A DNA stretch of 48,832 nt, from contig JBBSAN010000001.1 in the NCBI GenBank assembly GCA_038252265.1, forward strand, positions 1 to 48,832, given 5' to 3'. The DNA comes from Chloroflexia bacterium. GTDB taxonomy: Bacteria > Chloroflexota > Chloroflexia > QHBQ01 > JAICKM01. The translations under genes were made by a program, and so were the position numbers. This document shows, piece by piece, positions 1-8,412 of this stretch. The notes below the pieces were generated by a model. The model had not been told where the DNA came from. It did no database searches and saw only the letters and a list, made by a program, of their open reading frames with translations. Position 1 is the stretch's first letter. Every line of letters starts with the position of its first letter.

Positions 1-141
1 CGGCAAAATCGTACCAACCGATGCCGCCGGAAAGCCACTGCTCCTGTGAAGCGTAAGTGGTTGCTTGAGCCGTGTACCGGGAAACTGGTACGCACGGTTC
101 TGAGGGGGGCGGGTCGCAGCAATGAGGCCCGCCTACCCGAC
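1..141 (+). mobile_element. 3' terminus of a group II intron (domain V 67-100, domain VI 101 to about 141); the 5' part and any intron-encoded protein lie outside the window
   Basis: 67-100 GAGCCGUGUACCGGGAAACUGGUACGCACGGUUC folds like canonical domain V. It has a 9-bp lower helix opening with the AGC triad, a 2-nt AC bulge, a 5-bp upper helix and a GAAA tetraloop; compare yeast ai5gamma DV GAGCCGUAUGCGAUGAAAGUCGCACGUACGGUUC. 104-138 forms a G/C helix with an unpaired A at 135, about 6-7 nt before a plausible 3' end (..GAC, 141), as expected for the domain VI branch point. Confidence 0.85.
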
Positions 142-1184
142 TCATCCAGGCTGCTGATTACTGACTGCTGATTGCTGACTTCTGACTTCTGATTTCTAAT
201 TTCTAATTTCTGACTCCCGACCGTCTGGCCTGCCCCCTCTGCGGGAGGCACCGGGGTACGAGGTTGGCTGAAGCGGGCCAACAGCACCCCGCTGGCGATC
301 AGGACCGCACCGAGCAGATAGACCGGCTGCAACGGCTCGCCTCGCCAGAGCCATGCGCTGAGGATGGCGACCAGCGGGGTCACGTTAGAAAAGACCGCCG
401 TGCGCGCCCCGCCCAGCCGTTGCACCCCCGCATACCAGATCACGTAGCACACGTTCACCGACAGCAGACCGCCGTAGAGCACCGCCCCCACCGCCCCGGG
501 CGTCCACTGCCCCCAGCCCTCGGTCACCCCCTGGAAGAGGAGGGCCGCCAGCAGTACCGGCGTGGCTGCCGCCAGGGTCCATCCGTTTACTTGGGTTGGC
601 GTGTAGCGGGTGAGCAGGTCCTTGCTCAAGGCCGTGTAGCCCGCCCAGCAGAGGGTCGCGATCAGGACGAGGCCATCCCCCAGCAGACTGCTGGCCGCAG
701 TCCCGCCTGCGGCCAACCCCTCGCGCAGCAGCGCGGGATTCACCCCCACGATCACGATCAGCACTCCGGCGAAGGCCAGCGCCAACCCCATCCAGCCGCG
801 GGGCGAGGGCCGCTCCAGGCCCCGCACCATCCCGATCAGCGCCACCCACAGCGGCGCACTCGCCAGGATCAGCGCGGTGTTGCCTGCGGCGGTGTACTTC
901 AGGCCCTCGATAAACAAGATCTGGTAGCCACCATGCCCCAGCAGGCCCAGGCCCACGATCCGCCAGCCGTCGCCGCGCTGCCAGCGCAGCCGCCGTTGTG
1001 CCGCCAGTAGCACCACAAAGACGCTTGCCGCCAGACCCATCCGTACACCGTTAAACACCTGGGGCGGCACAGTATCCAGGCCCACTTTCAAGACGCTAAA
1101 GTTCACGCCCCAGATCACGACCAGGGCCAGGAGGAGGCCATCCAGCCCGCTGATCCGGCGGGCCTCGGTGGGGGTATGCTTCAT
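1..1184 (-). CDS. EamA/DMT-family transporter. ATG at 1184; transporter core ends near 270; no in-frame stop before the window edge, so the 3' end is undefined
   Basis: My translation of the minus strand from ATG 1184 gives MKHTPTEARRISGLDGLLLALVVIWGVNFSVLKVGL...GYQILFIEGLKYTAAGNTALILASAPLWVALIG...VYLLGAVLIASGVLLARF. That is about 10 hydrophobic segments in two EamA-like halves. It is missing from the ORF track because the frame stays open through the heptamer array and antisense through the intron to base 1. The plus-strand ORF 264..1010 is an Arg/Pro/Gln-rich shadow. Confidence 0.75.
   Translation of the reverse strand, partial: MKHTPTEARRISGLDGLLLALVVIWGVNFSVLKVGLDTVPPQVFNGVRMGLAASVFVVLLAAQRRLRWQRGDGWRIVGLGLLGHGGYQILFIEGLKYTAAGNTALILASAPLWVALIGMVRGLERPSPRGWMGLALAFAGVLIVIVGVNPALLREGLAAGGTAASSLLGDGLVLIATLCWAGYTALSKDLLTRYTPTQVNGWTLAAATPVLLAALLFQGVTEGWGQWTPGAVGAVLYGGLLSVNVCYVIWYAGVQRLGGARTAVFSNVTPLVAILSAWLWRGEPLQPVYLLGAVLIASGVLLARFSQPRTPVPPAEGAGQTVGSQKLEIRNQKSEVSNQQSVISSLDESGRRASLLRPAPLRTVRTSFPVHGSSNHLRFTGAVAFRRHRLVRFC
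154..216. repeat. Heptanucleotide tandem repeat, 9 units (CTGATTA CTGACTG CTGATTG CTGACTT CTGACTT CTGATTT CTAATTT CTAATTT CTGACTC)
   Basis: Read directly: nine head-to-tail 7-mers with consensus CTGAYTT, starting about 12 nt after the predicted intron 3' end. The 7-bp period is not a multiple of 3. Confidence 0.9.
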
Positions 1185-1332
1185 GGGGGTATTCGCTCAG
1201 ACGCGGGGTCGAGGGATGCTCGCCGGTTGACCAGACACGCTACTGACCACCGATCGGGCAGCACCTCCTCCAGCGCATCCTTTCGGTGGGTGCCGGGCGG
1301 GGACGGGGGTACGCACGGTCGGTGAGGCGGGG

Positions 1333-2286
1333 TTACCCCTGAGGAGTGATCAGGTTGATCGGGGTGCCCGCTGCGAAGGCCAGTACTTGTTCGAACGCGC
1401 TGCCAAAGTAACGCTCGTACGTGTCTTTTTCTACATATCCCAGGTGGGGAGTACAAATAGCGTTTTCCAGATGGAGTAGGGGATGGTCCGCCAACGGTTC
1501 GGACTCATACACATCAACGGCGGCCCAGCCGGGGCGGCCAGCGCGGAGCGTCTGTTCCAGCGCCCCGGTTTCAATCAGTTCGGCCCGGCTGGTATTCACC
1601 AGCAACGCGGTCGGCTTCATCCGCGCCAGGTCGTCGCCGGTGACGATGCCGCGTGTCTCGGCGTTCAACTTGATGTGCAAGCAGAGTACATCGGCCTGCT
1701 CGAAGAGGGCCTCTTTGCTGGCGGCGGTAGCGAAGCCCGCTGCTGCCGCCCGTTCTAGCGATCCCTCGCGGCCCCAGACCAGCACCGGCATCTCGAAGGC
1801 CCGCCCGTACCCGGCGACCAGGCTGCCAATCTTGCCATAGCCGAAGATGCCCAGCGTGCGCCCCCGCAGGCCCCGGCCCAGCGAGGCTTGCCAGCCCCCG
1901 GCCCGCAGCCGGGCGATCTCCTGGGGCAGGTGGCGCATCGCCGCCAGCACCAGCCCCCAGGTCAGTTCGGCGGGGGCAACCGGCGCGCCGCCCCCGGCGG
2001 CCACGGCCACCCCCTGCCGGGCGCAGGCGGCCAGATCAATGTGGCTCACCCCGCTGCCGGTCTGGCTGATCAGCCGGAGCCGGGGCAACCGCGCCAGCAG
2101 GTCGGCGGTGATGGCGGTGCGTTCGCGGATCAGCACCAGTGCCTCGGCGGCGCGGAACCGCTCGGCCAGGGCGTCCGCATCCTTGACCGTGTCGTGGTAG
2201 ACCGTCACCTCGTGGTCGCGCAAGAGCGGCCAGCAGTCCAGCCCGCGCACAGCATCCTGATAGTCATCCGGGATCACAATCTTCAT
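1333..2286 (-). CDS. D-isomer-specific 2-hydroxyacid dehydrogenase family, NAD-binding
   Basis: GIFGYGKIGSLVAGYG Rossmann motif, NTSRAELIE, AAVDVYESEP and CTPHLGY, which match the catalytic Arg/Glu/His region of the family. Confidence 0.9.
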   Translation of the reverse strand: MKIVIPDDYQDAVRGLDCWPLLRDHEVTVYHDTVKDADALAERFRAAEALVLIRERTAITADLLARLPRLRLISQTGSGVSHIDLAACARQGVAVAAGGGAPVAPAELTWGLVLAAMRHLPQEIARLRAGGWQASLGRGLRGRTLGIFGYGKIGSLVAGYGRAFEMPVLVWGREGSLERAAAAGFATAASKEALFEQADVLCLHIKLNAETRGIVTGDDLARMKPTALLVNTSRAELIETGALEQTLRAGRPGWAAVDVYESEPLADHPLLHLENAICTPHLGYVEKDTYERYFGSAFEQVLAFAAGTPINLITPQG

Positions 2287-2422
2287 CGGGCCGCGATCTC
2301 ATCCTCCCCTTCACTCTGCCTTCATTATACGAGATCTGCCCGGATCGGGGAAATGGCGGATGGTCCCTAGACGCGCGCCGGGGGCGCAAACCTTGTTTGC
2401 GCCCCCGGTCACATGGGGTCGG

Positions 2423-3496
2423 CTATTGCTGGATCACGACCACATCGCGGCTGAGAAAGGCGTCGGCATCCGAGCCGGGGAGGGTGATCTGGTACCACCC
2501 GCTGCCGGTAACAAGCTGGGTGCCCTGGCGCGGGTCAAAGCCACCGCTGGGGCGGGGCAGGGATGTGGTGGATTGGAGCAGCGGGAAGCTGTCCCCGAAT
2601 GCGGCCCCGGCCAACCGGCGTGCATCGCTGCTGGCCGCGTTGCGGATATTGGCGCTATCGGTGAGGATGACCGCGCTGCGGCTATAGGGGCTGGCGGCGG
2701 CCTGTTCCTCGGCGGCGGCCTGAAGCTGGCGGGCGGCGGCCCGGCGATCATAGAAGGTGTTCACCCCGGCCACCACGCCTCGCGCCAGCAGATCGGGATT
2801 GTTGAACATCAGGTTGCGATCGACCGCATTGCTCATGAAGCCCATCTCCAGGATCGCGGCGGGGGTGGTAGTGCCCAGGCGATACGACTCGCCCCGGTAG
2901 GTGCTGTAGGCGTAGTAGCCGCGCATCGCCCGGGTGACGCTGGGATCTTGCGGCATCCCGGTCAACTGGCCGTAGCCATCCTGGATGGCCTGCACGAGCG
3001 AGGCATCCAGCGCGGCCACATCGGAGCGCCAGCGGGTGGAGACCTTGTAACCGCGCGGCGCGGTGTTGGTGTTGCCGTCGGCATGAAGCGAGATGAACAG
3101 GTCGGCCTGGTAGCCGGTGGGTACCGTCGCCGGCAGCACCTCGGCGGTCAACCCGTTGCTGCGTAGCAGGCGGACCACCCGCCCGGCAATATCCACCGTC
3201 ACCTGGGCTTCGGTGCGCCCGCCCCCGCTGGCCCCGGTGGAGCCGCGCAGCCGGGCCAGGATATCGGGCAGTTCACTGCTTTTCCAGTGCCCGGCCTGGA
3301 TGGCGACGTTCACGCGCGGGGCGGTGCTGATCGGGGCTGCCGTGTTGATCACCACCTGGGCCGAGGAGGTCGGGGAGGCAGACGGCGCGGTCCACATCCC
3401 CGGTTCGGCAGGGGCGGCCAACGTGGCAGCCTGACCGGGCCAGGCGAGGAGCAGCAGCAGGAACAGCGGGAGCGCAAGCGTTAATCGGCGGATCAT
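2423..3496 (-). CDS. N-acetylmuramoyl-L-alanine amidase (Amidase_3) with signal peptide and C-terminal SH3b-like region
   Basis: N-terminal MIRRLTLALPLFLLLLLAWPGQA signal. ADLFISLHADG zinc-amidase motif. C-terminal GWYQITLPG segment resembles a bacterial SH3 domain. Confidence 0.85.
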   Translation of the reverse strand: MIRRLTLALPLFLLLLLAWPGQAATLAAPAEPGMWTAPSASPTSSAQVVINTAAPISTAPRVNVAIQAGHWKSSELPDILARLRGSTGASGGGRTEAQVTVDIAGRVVRLLRSNGLTAEVLPATVPTGYQADLFISLHADGNTNTAPRGYKVSTRWRSDVAALDASLVQAIQDGYGQLTGMPQDPSVTRAMRGYYAYSTYRGESYRLGTTTPAAILEMGFMSNAVDRNLMFNNPDLLARGVVAGVNTFYDRRAAARQLQAAAEEQAAASPYSRSAVILTDSANIRNAASSDARRLAGAAFGDSFPLLQSTTSLPRPSGGFDPRQGTQLVTGSGWYQITLPGSDADAFLSRDVVVIQQ

Positions 3497-3568
3497 GGCA
3501 GTGGAGTATTTCTAGGTGGATGGTGGCGAAATCAGCATAGGGACGCTGCTACCAGTGTACCATAGATT

Positions 3569-3607
3569 GGTTAAGAAAAAGCGACGGAATGGTTAAGTTT
3601 GCCTTAA
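3569..3607. promoter_or_regulatory. Phased GGTTAAG/TTAA direct repeats (candidate response-regulator operator) upstream of the amidase gene
   Basis: GGTTAAG at 3569-3575 and 3591-3597 (22 bp apart), and CTTAAA with its TTAA core at 3604 (11 bp further). AT-rich island in a GC-rich genome. The same AATGGTTAAG word recurs at 8102-8111. Confidence 0.4.
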
Positions 3608-3632
3608 ATGCTGTTGTTGGTAGGGCCGTGGC

Positions 3633-5288
3633 CTACTGCTGGTTGTTGACGGGCTGGCGGTCGCGCCGGGGGACCAAGGGCAGGCCGTGCGACTCCCCGC
3701 TACCGTCCCCTGGCAGCACAATGGTGAAGCACGCCCCGGTCCCCGGCACCGACTGCACCTCGATGGTCCCCTGATGCGCTTCGATAATACCACGCGCGAT
3801 TGCCAGGCCCAGGCCGGTGTTGCCGCTGGCGCGGGTACGCGACGGATCGCCCCGGTAGAAGCGGTCGAAAATATGCAGCAGGTGGTCGGGCGCAATCCCC
3901 GGCCCGGTATCCTGTACCTGGATACGTACCGTACGAGCCAGCAGATCTGCTGCCGCCGCCAGGCGCACGGTGCCGCCGGGGGGGGTGTAGCGCAGTGCGT
4001 TATCCACCAGATTCAGGATCACCTGCTTCAGCCGGTCCGGGTCGGCTCGCACCGGGACCGGGCCATCATGGATCACCTCCAGGCGGATCTGTCGGTTGTC
4101 GGCCAGGGGTTCCACCTGTTCGGCTATGTCGTCCAGCAACTTGCCCACCTCGACGCTGGTGACGGACAATGATCCGGCGTTGTCCAGCTTGGAGAGGGTG
4201 AGCAGGTCGGTCACCAGGCGACCCATGCGGCCCAGCTCGCCGTGCATCGAGCGGGCCATACGCTGGATCGTGCTGCTGTCGCCGCGATCCGCGCCGATCA
4301 GCAGCATCTCGCTCAGCCCTTCGAGCGAGGTGAGCGGTGTACGCAACTCATGCGAGGCATCGGCGATGAAGCGCCGCTGCGCCTGGAGCGAGGCGGCCAG
4401 GCGGTCGACCATATGGTCGAAGGCCCCACCCAGGCGGGCGACCTCGTTGCCCCCTGCTGGTGCCGGCATCCGCAGGCGGCGGTTCAAATCGCCCCCGGCA
4501 ATCGCCTCCGCCGTGTCGGCCATGCGGTCGAGCGGCTTGAGCACGGCGCGGGTCAGGCCCAGCCCGGCCAGCACCCCGACCACGGTGCCGATGATCAGCC
4601 CCAGCACCAGGTAGAGCCGTAGTTGGTTGAGGATCGCATCAGCCGCGTCGAGAGAGGCGACCTGGACCAGCAGCAGGCGGCCCTGCGCGAAGTCGATCCC
4701 GCCATCGGTGTTGAGCACCTGGGCGACGACAAGCAGGCGGCCCCCGGTCTCTGCCGGCACGATCCACTGGGCAGTCGCGGCGGACCCGCTCGCCACCGGC
4801 TGGGTGGGGATCGTGTTGATCCAGCCGGTCGGGAGGGTCGGGATCTGGCGGGCGCTGACTTCGTTCGCCGCCAGCGTTGAAGAGATGACCTGGCCTTGTT
4901 CGGTCAACACGGCCACCGTGACATCGGGCGCGGACAACTGGCGCACCAGCGAGCCGATCATCGCGCTGGTCGAGCGGGCGTAGGGGGATGGCGCTGCGGC
5001 CTGGTTCGGGGGCGTGCCCGAATCGCCGCGCCGCGACGGCGGATGGAGGTCGCCGCCCCGATCAAAGCCGGGGCTGCGCACCAGCGTCGTTCCCGCCGCC
5101 GCTTCCAGGCGGGAGGCCGTGTTGTTCACCAGGAATCCATCGAGCTGGGCATAGAGCGCCCAGCCCAGCAGGGCCAGGATGGTGACTAGCAGCAGTGTAT
5201 AAAGCGCGCTCAACTGCAAGCCCACCGGCACGCGCCAGAGGGCGGCGCGGGTCCGATCAGCGAAATTCATCCGGCGGCTCCAAGGCAT
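3633..5288 (-). CDS. Sensor histidine kinase (2 TM, HAMP, HisKA, HATPase_c)
   Basis: H-box ADASHELRTPLT, N-box LVDNALRYTP, G1 DTGPGI, G2 GNTGLGLAI, plus a HAMP-like segment after the second TM. The start could instead be the second Met at 5270. Confidence 0.9.
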   Translation of the reverse strand: MPWSRRMNFADRTRAALWRVPVGLQLSALYTLLLVTILALLGWALYAQLDGFLVNNTASRLEAAAGTTLVRSPGFDRGGDLHPPSRRGDSGTPPNQAAAPSPYARSTSAMIGSLVRQLSAPDVTVAVLTEQGQVISSTLAANEVSARQIPTLPTGWINTIPTQPVASGSAATAQWIVPAETGGRLLVVAQVLNTDGGIDFAQGRLLLVQVASLDAADAILNQLRLYLVLGLIIGTVVGVLAGLGLTRAVLKPLDRMADTAEAIAGGDLNRRLRMPAPAGGNEVARLGGAFDHMVDRLAASLQAQRRFIADASHELRTPLTSLEGLSEMLLIGADRGDSSTIQRMARSMHGELGRMGRLVTDLLTLSKLDNAGSLSVTSVEVGKLLDDIAEQVEPLADNRQIRLEVIHDGPVPVRADPDRLKQVILNLVDNALRYTPPGGTVRLAAAADLLARTVRIQVQDTGPGIAPDHLLHIFDRFYRGDPSRTRASGNTGLGLAIARGIIEAHQGTIEVQSVPGTGACFTIVLPGDGSGESHGLPLVPRRDRQPVNNQQ

Positions 5289-5973
5289 ACCCCACGCTGC
5301 GCACGCTACGGATCAGGCTGCGTTCCTCGTCGCCCAGCTTCTCGCGCAGGTGGCGGATGTGGACATCAATCACGTTGGTATCGCTCAGATAGTCGTAGCC
5401 CCAGACCCGATTGAGAATGACATCGCGGGGGAAGACCTGGCGCGGGTGGGTCATGAACAGTTCCAGCATATCATATTCGCGGGGGGTCAGTTCGATAATC
5501 CGCCCGCCCCGCGTCACCCGGCGCGACTGCCGGTCGAGTACGAGGTCGCCCACGCGCAGCGAGCGGTTCAGGTTGATGCCCCGGCGGCGCAAGATCGCCC
5601 GCAGCCGGGCCATCAGTTCGCGGAAATTAAACGGTTTGACCAGGTAATCATCCGCGCCGCTCTCCAGCCCCAGGATCCGGTCGTCTACCTCACCCCGCGC
5701 GGTCAGCATGAGGATGCCTACATTCCCCTGGTCGTGGAGGCGCTTGCACACTTCGACCCCGTCGATGCCGGGCAACATCACATCGAGCACCACCAGATCG
5801 GGCCGGACAGTGTGGGCCTGTTCCAGGGCTTCAAAGCCGGTGCGGGCGACGCTGACCTCGAACCCTTCGTAGTCCAGGCCCATCGTCAGCAACTCCACGA
5901 TCAACGGCTCATCGTCCACCACCAGCACCCGAACCGTGCGCTCCTGTTCCTCCATAAGCTCCTTCTCGTTCAT
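5257..5973 (-). CDS. OmpR/PhoB-family response regulator
   Basis: VLVVDDE, DLVVLDVMLPGIDG (phospho-acceptor Asp), LMLTA and KPF, then a winged-helix LTPREYDMLELF...VIDVHIRHLREKL. Overlaps the kinase gene (operon). Start is ambiguous: TTG 5997, ATG 5973 or ATG 5955. Confidence 0.9.
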   Translation of the reverse strand: MNEKELMEEQERTVRVLVVDDEPLIVELLTMGLDYEGFEVSVARTGFEALEQAHTVRPDLVVLDVMLPGIDGVEVCKRLHDQGNVGILMLTARGEVDDRILGLESGADDYLVKPFNFRELMARLRAILRRRGINLNRSLRVGDLVLDRQSRRVTRGGRIIELTPREYDMLELFMTHPRQVFPRDVILNRVWGYDYLSDTNVIDVHIRHLREKLGDEERSLIRSVRSVGYALEPPDEFR

Positions 5974-6069
5974 GCGCGTTTCACTTTCAATCCGCAATCA
6001 CACCGGCCTCACCTACACTGATATATCCGCTAGAGAGCAGCGCCTGCAAGTGATCGCCTGTTCCCCATG

Positions 6070-6231
6070 TTAATAGTGTACAACGGACAGATTAAAGGAT
6101 TACCGGGAAAAAGTTAATGTTCGATTAAGATTTGTAGCTATCCTGGGAATAGGGGGTCGGCGGCAAGGCACCGCCCACCTGTTTGCCCGTTCGTTTAATG
6201 CAACCTTAATAATCTCTGTGCTTTGTTTTAA
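6070..6231. promoter_or_regulatory. Two sets of 11-bp-phased TTAA-core repeats in the divergent response-regulator/cupredoxin intergenic region
   Basis: TTAA cores at 6070, 6092, 6114 and 6125 (spacings 22, 22, 11), and at 6195, 6206 and 6228 (spacings 11, 22). Flanks read GTTAAT, ATTAAA, GTTAAT, ATTAAG. Confidence 0.4.
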
Positions 6232-6327
6232 GCTTCGCCCATTATACTGGTGAAAGCCCGGAGTTACCGAACCTACCGTGGGTCCGGTTGCAAACACACT
6301 GAGAGGAATAGGTGAAATAAACGGAAC

Positions 6328-6855
6328 ATGATAAGGCGAACACATTTTAGTACGAGCATTAGGCGGATTGGGCTGCTAGGCCTGCTGGGCGTCGCGATGC
6401 TGGTGCTGTTAGCGGCCTGTGGTGGTACGACCGACTCTGCGGCCCCGCCTGCGGCCACCGCGACCACCGAAGCAGCGATGCCAGCCATGACCACCGAAGC
6501 ACTGGCGACCCCGCCCGCCAATACCGACGCAGCGGCCACCCCCGGCACCGGGGCCGGGACGAGCAGCGGCAGCGGTACCGCAGTTACAGCAACCCTGCGT
6601 GAATGGGCCATTGACCTGAGCCAGGCCGAAGTGCCGGCAGGCAAAGTGACCTTCACCGTGACCAATGCGGGGCAGATGCCGCACAACCTCACCGTGACCC
6701 AGAATGGGGCCACCGTCGGGGCCACCTCGACCTTTGGCAGCGCTGCCGGGGCACAAACGCTGGAAGTTGATCTGAAGGCGGGCACCTACACCTTGATTTG
6801 TAGTCTTCCCGGTCATGCACAACGGGGCCAGAAGATTAACCTGGTCGTTAAGTAG
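6328..6855 (+). CDS. Cupredoxin-domain (type-1 copper-like) lipoprotein
   Basis: Lipobox LLAAC-GG after a signal sequence, then a low-complexity Ala/Thr/Pro linker. Ligand pattern: His in GQMPHNLTV, and C-SLPG-H-AQRG-Q. The spacing is identical to CxxPGHxxxGM of small blue copper domains, but Gln sits at the axial Met position. Confidence 0.75.
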   Translation: MIRRTHFSTSIRRIGLLGLLGVAMLVLLAACGGTTDSAAPPAATATTEAAMPAMTTEALATPPANTDAAATPGTGAGTSSGSGTAVTATLREWAIDLSQAEVPAGKVTFTVTNAGQMPHNLTVTQNGATVGATSTFGSAAGAQTLEVDLKAGTYTLICSLPGHAQRGQKINLVVK

Positions 6856-6925
6856 CGAGCGATGTGGCTCGATTAGGGCTGATAGAACAACTCTCGGCAC
6901 TACAACCATCTATATAGAGCAGAAT

Positions 6926-6962
6926 AAAAGGCTGGGCTGTGATACTCACAGCCCGGCTTTCT
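6926..6962. terminator. Bidirectional intrinsic terminator between the convergent cupredoxin and GT2 genes
   Basis: GGCTGGGCTGTG (6930-6941), loop ATACT, CACAGCCCGGCT (6947-6958). Preceded by AAAA and followed by TTCT. Confidence 0.7.
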
Positions 6963-7010
6963 ATGTATGTCTGTGTGCCAGGCGCGTGGGGGAAGCGGCC
7001 CCCGGCGCAC

Positions 7011-7991
7011 TCAGGCGGAAGACCGGGGATCCCCCTCGGAGAGCGCGGGAACGGGGGTCGCCCGGCCCGGCACCAGTCGCTTGACCCGGTCGAACACCCC
7101 CCGGCCAAAAGCGGCGCGGAAGAGCACCCCCGCCTTGAGCCGCGTCTCGTAGCCCGGATCGAGCAAGGCCGCCGCCAGTGCCATCCGCACCGCCGTGCGC
7201 CGCTGCGCCGGGTCATCCACCACCGAGGCTGCCGTATAATAGCAACTCATCGCGCGCGCCGCACGCCATAACCCCAGCCGGGTCCACCGCCCCGGCACCT
7301 GGGGAATGTAGCGCCGGTGGATCAACTGGTTCGAGCGGGCGCGGGCCGCCACCTGCCCGGCGGTGAGGCTGCCGTTATGCTGCGTAAAGGTGATCAGCGG
7401 CGCATCCACCACCCCGATCGGGAAGGCGCGGGCCAGGCGAATCCACATCTCCCAGTCCTGGCCCAGGCGTAGCCCTTCGTCAAACGTGCCCACCTGCTCG
7501 AAACAGGCCCGCCGGATCAGGGTCAGCGAAGGATTGCCGATGCTGTTCTCTACCAGGATGCGCGGGTAGATATTGGCCGCCCCCACCGGCGCACGATCCA
7601 GGCGCACCGGAGCCTGGCCCGAAGCGTAGACCTGCCATTCACCGCCCGTGACCAACCCGACCGTGGGATGCTGCGCGAAATGATCAAGCTGGCGGGCGAG
7701 CTTGTCCGGCAGCCAGCGGTCGTCCGCATCGAGGAAGGCGACGAATTCCCCCTGGCCCGCCCGCAGACCGCTATTGCGCGCGGCCCCGGCTCCCTGGTTC
7801 GCCTGGTAGATATAGCGGACCCCGACCTCCGCATAGGCCGCGACAATCGCCGCGGTGTCGTCGGTCGAGCCGTCGTCCACGACGATGATTTCGTCGGGGC
7901 GGTGGGTCTGCTGGAGCACGCTTTCGATGGCCCCGGCAATAAACGGGGCATAATTATACGTGGTGATAATGGCGCTGACGGTCGGGGGCAT
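7011..7991 (-). CDS. Family 2 glycosyltransferase
   Basis: VSAIITTYNYAPFIAGAIESVLQQT...IIVVDDGSTDDT and a DADD motif. ATG 7991 is preceded by GAGGAGA, so it is preferred over the ORF-track start at 8030. Confidence 0.9.
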   Translation of the reverse strand: MPPTVSAIITTYNYAPFIAGAIESVLQQTHRPDEIIVVDDGSTDDTAAIVAAYAEVGVRYIYQANQGAGAARNSGLRAGQGEFVAFLDADDRWLPDKLARQLDHFAQHPTVGLVTGGEWQVYASGQAPVRLDRAPVGAANIYPRILVENSIGNPSLTLIRRACFEQVGTFDEGLRLGQDWEMWIRLARAFPIGVVDAPLITFTQHNGSLTAGQVAARARSNQLIHRRYIPQVPGRWTRLGLWRAARAMSCYYTAASVVDDPAQRRTAVRMALAAALLDPGYETRLKAGVLFRAAFGRGVFDRVKRLVPGRATPVPALSEGDPRSSA

Positions 7992-8104
7992 GGTTTCTCC
8001 TCGCCTGAACCTCCTTCCCAGGGGAGGCATACCTGTGGCATTGCTCTGCCAGAGTCGTATCGCTATATTCTATAATTCATTGTAGCAGCCAAATATTGGG
8101 AAAT

Positions 8105-8121
8105 GGTTAAGAAGGTGTTAA
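8105..8121. promoter_or_regulatory. GGTTAAG-N4-GTTAAT direct repeat (11-bp phase) in the divergent GT2/mannosidase intergenic region
   Basis: TTAA cores at 8107 and 8118. The word AATGGTTAAG is shared with 3588-3597. Confidence 0.35.
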
Positions 8122-8412
8122 TTCTTGCTTAGGAAATTCGCGCACCCTCTTGAGATCCGCAGATGCCGGGGGAGGGCACACCGGCAGGCAACAACTTATC
8201 CCTCTCGCCCGTGCTCATACAGCAGGGTCATCCTATGCAAAACGTGTGCCAACCCTGCTGATCAAGCTTTCTATCGGGAATGATCTGACGTGTTGGCGGT
8301 GGGTGCTTGACAGCCCTTCCGGTGTCCTCCATACTTAGGCCGAACCGGTCTACCGTGGGGCCGAGCACGCCGCCCAAGTGGCTATGAACGCTGTCTGCTG
8401 GAGGAAACCCGT

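Noticed and set aside
264-1010. 248-aa plus-strand ORF at the left end
   Set aside because: Arg/Pro/Gln/His-rich nonsense composition. The opposite strand encodes a coherent 10-TM EamA transporter that the track omitted only because it has no stop inside the window.
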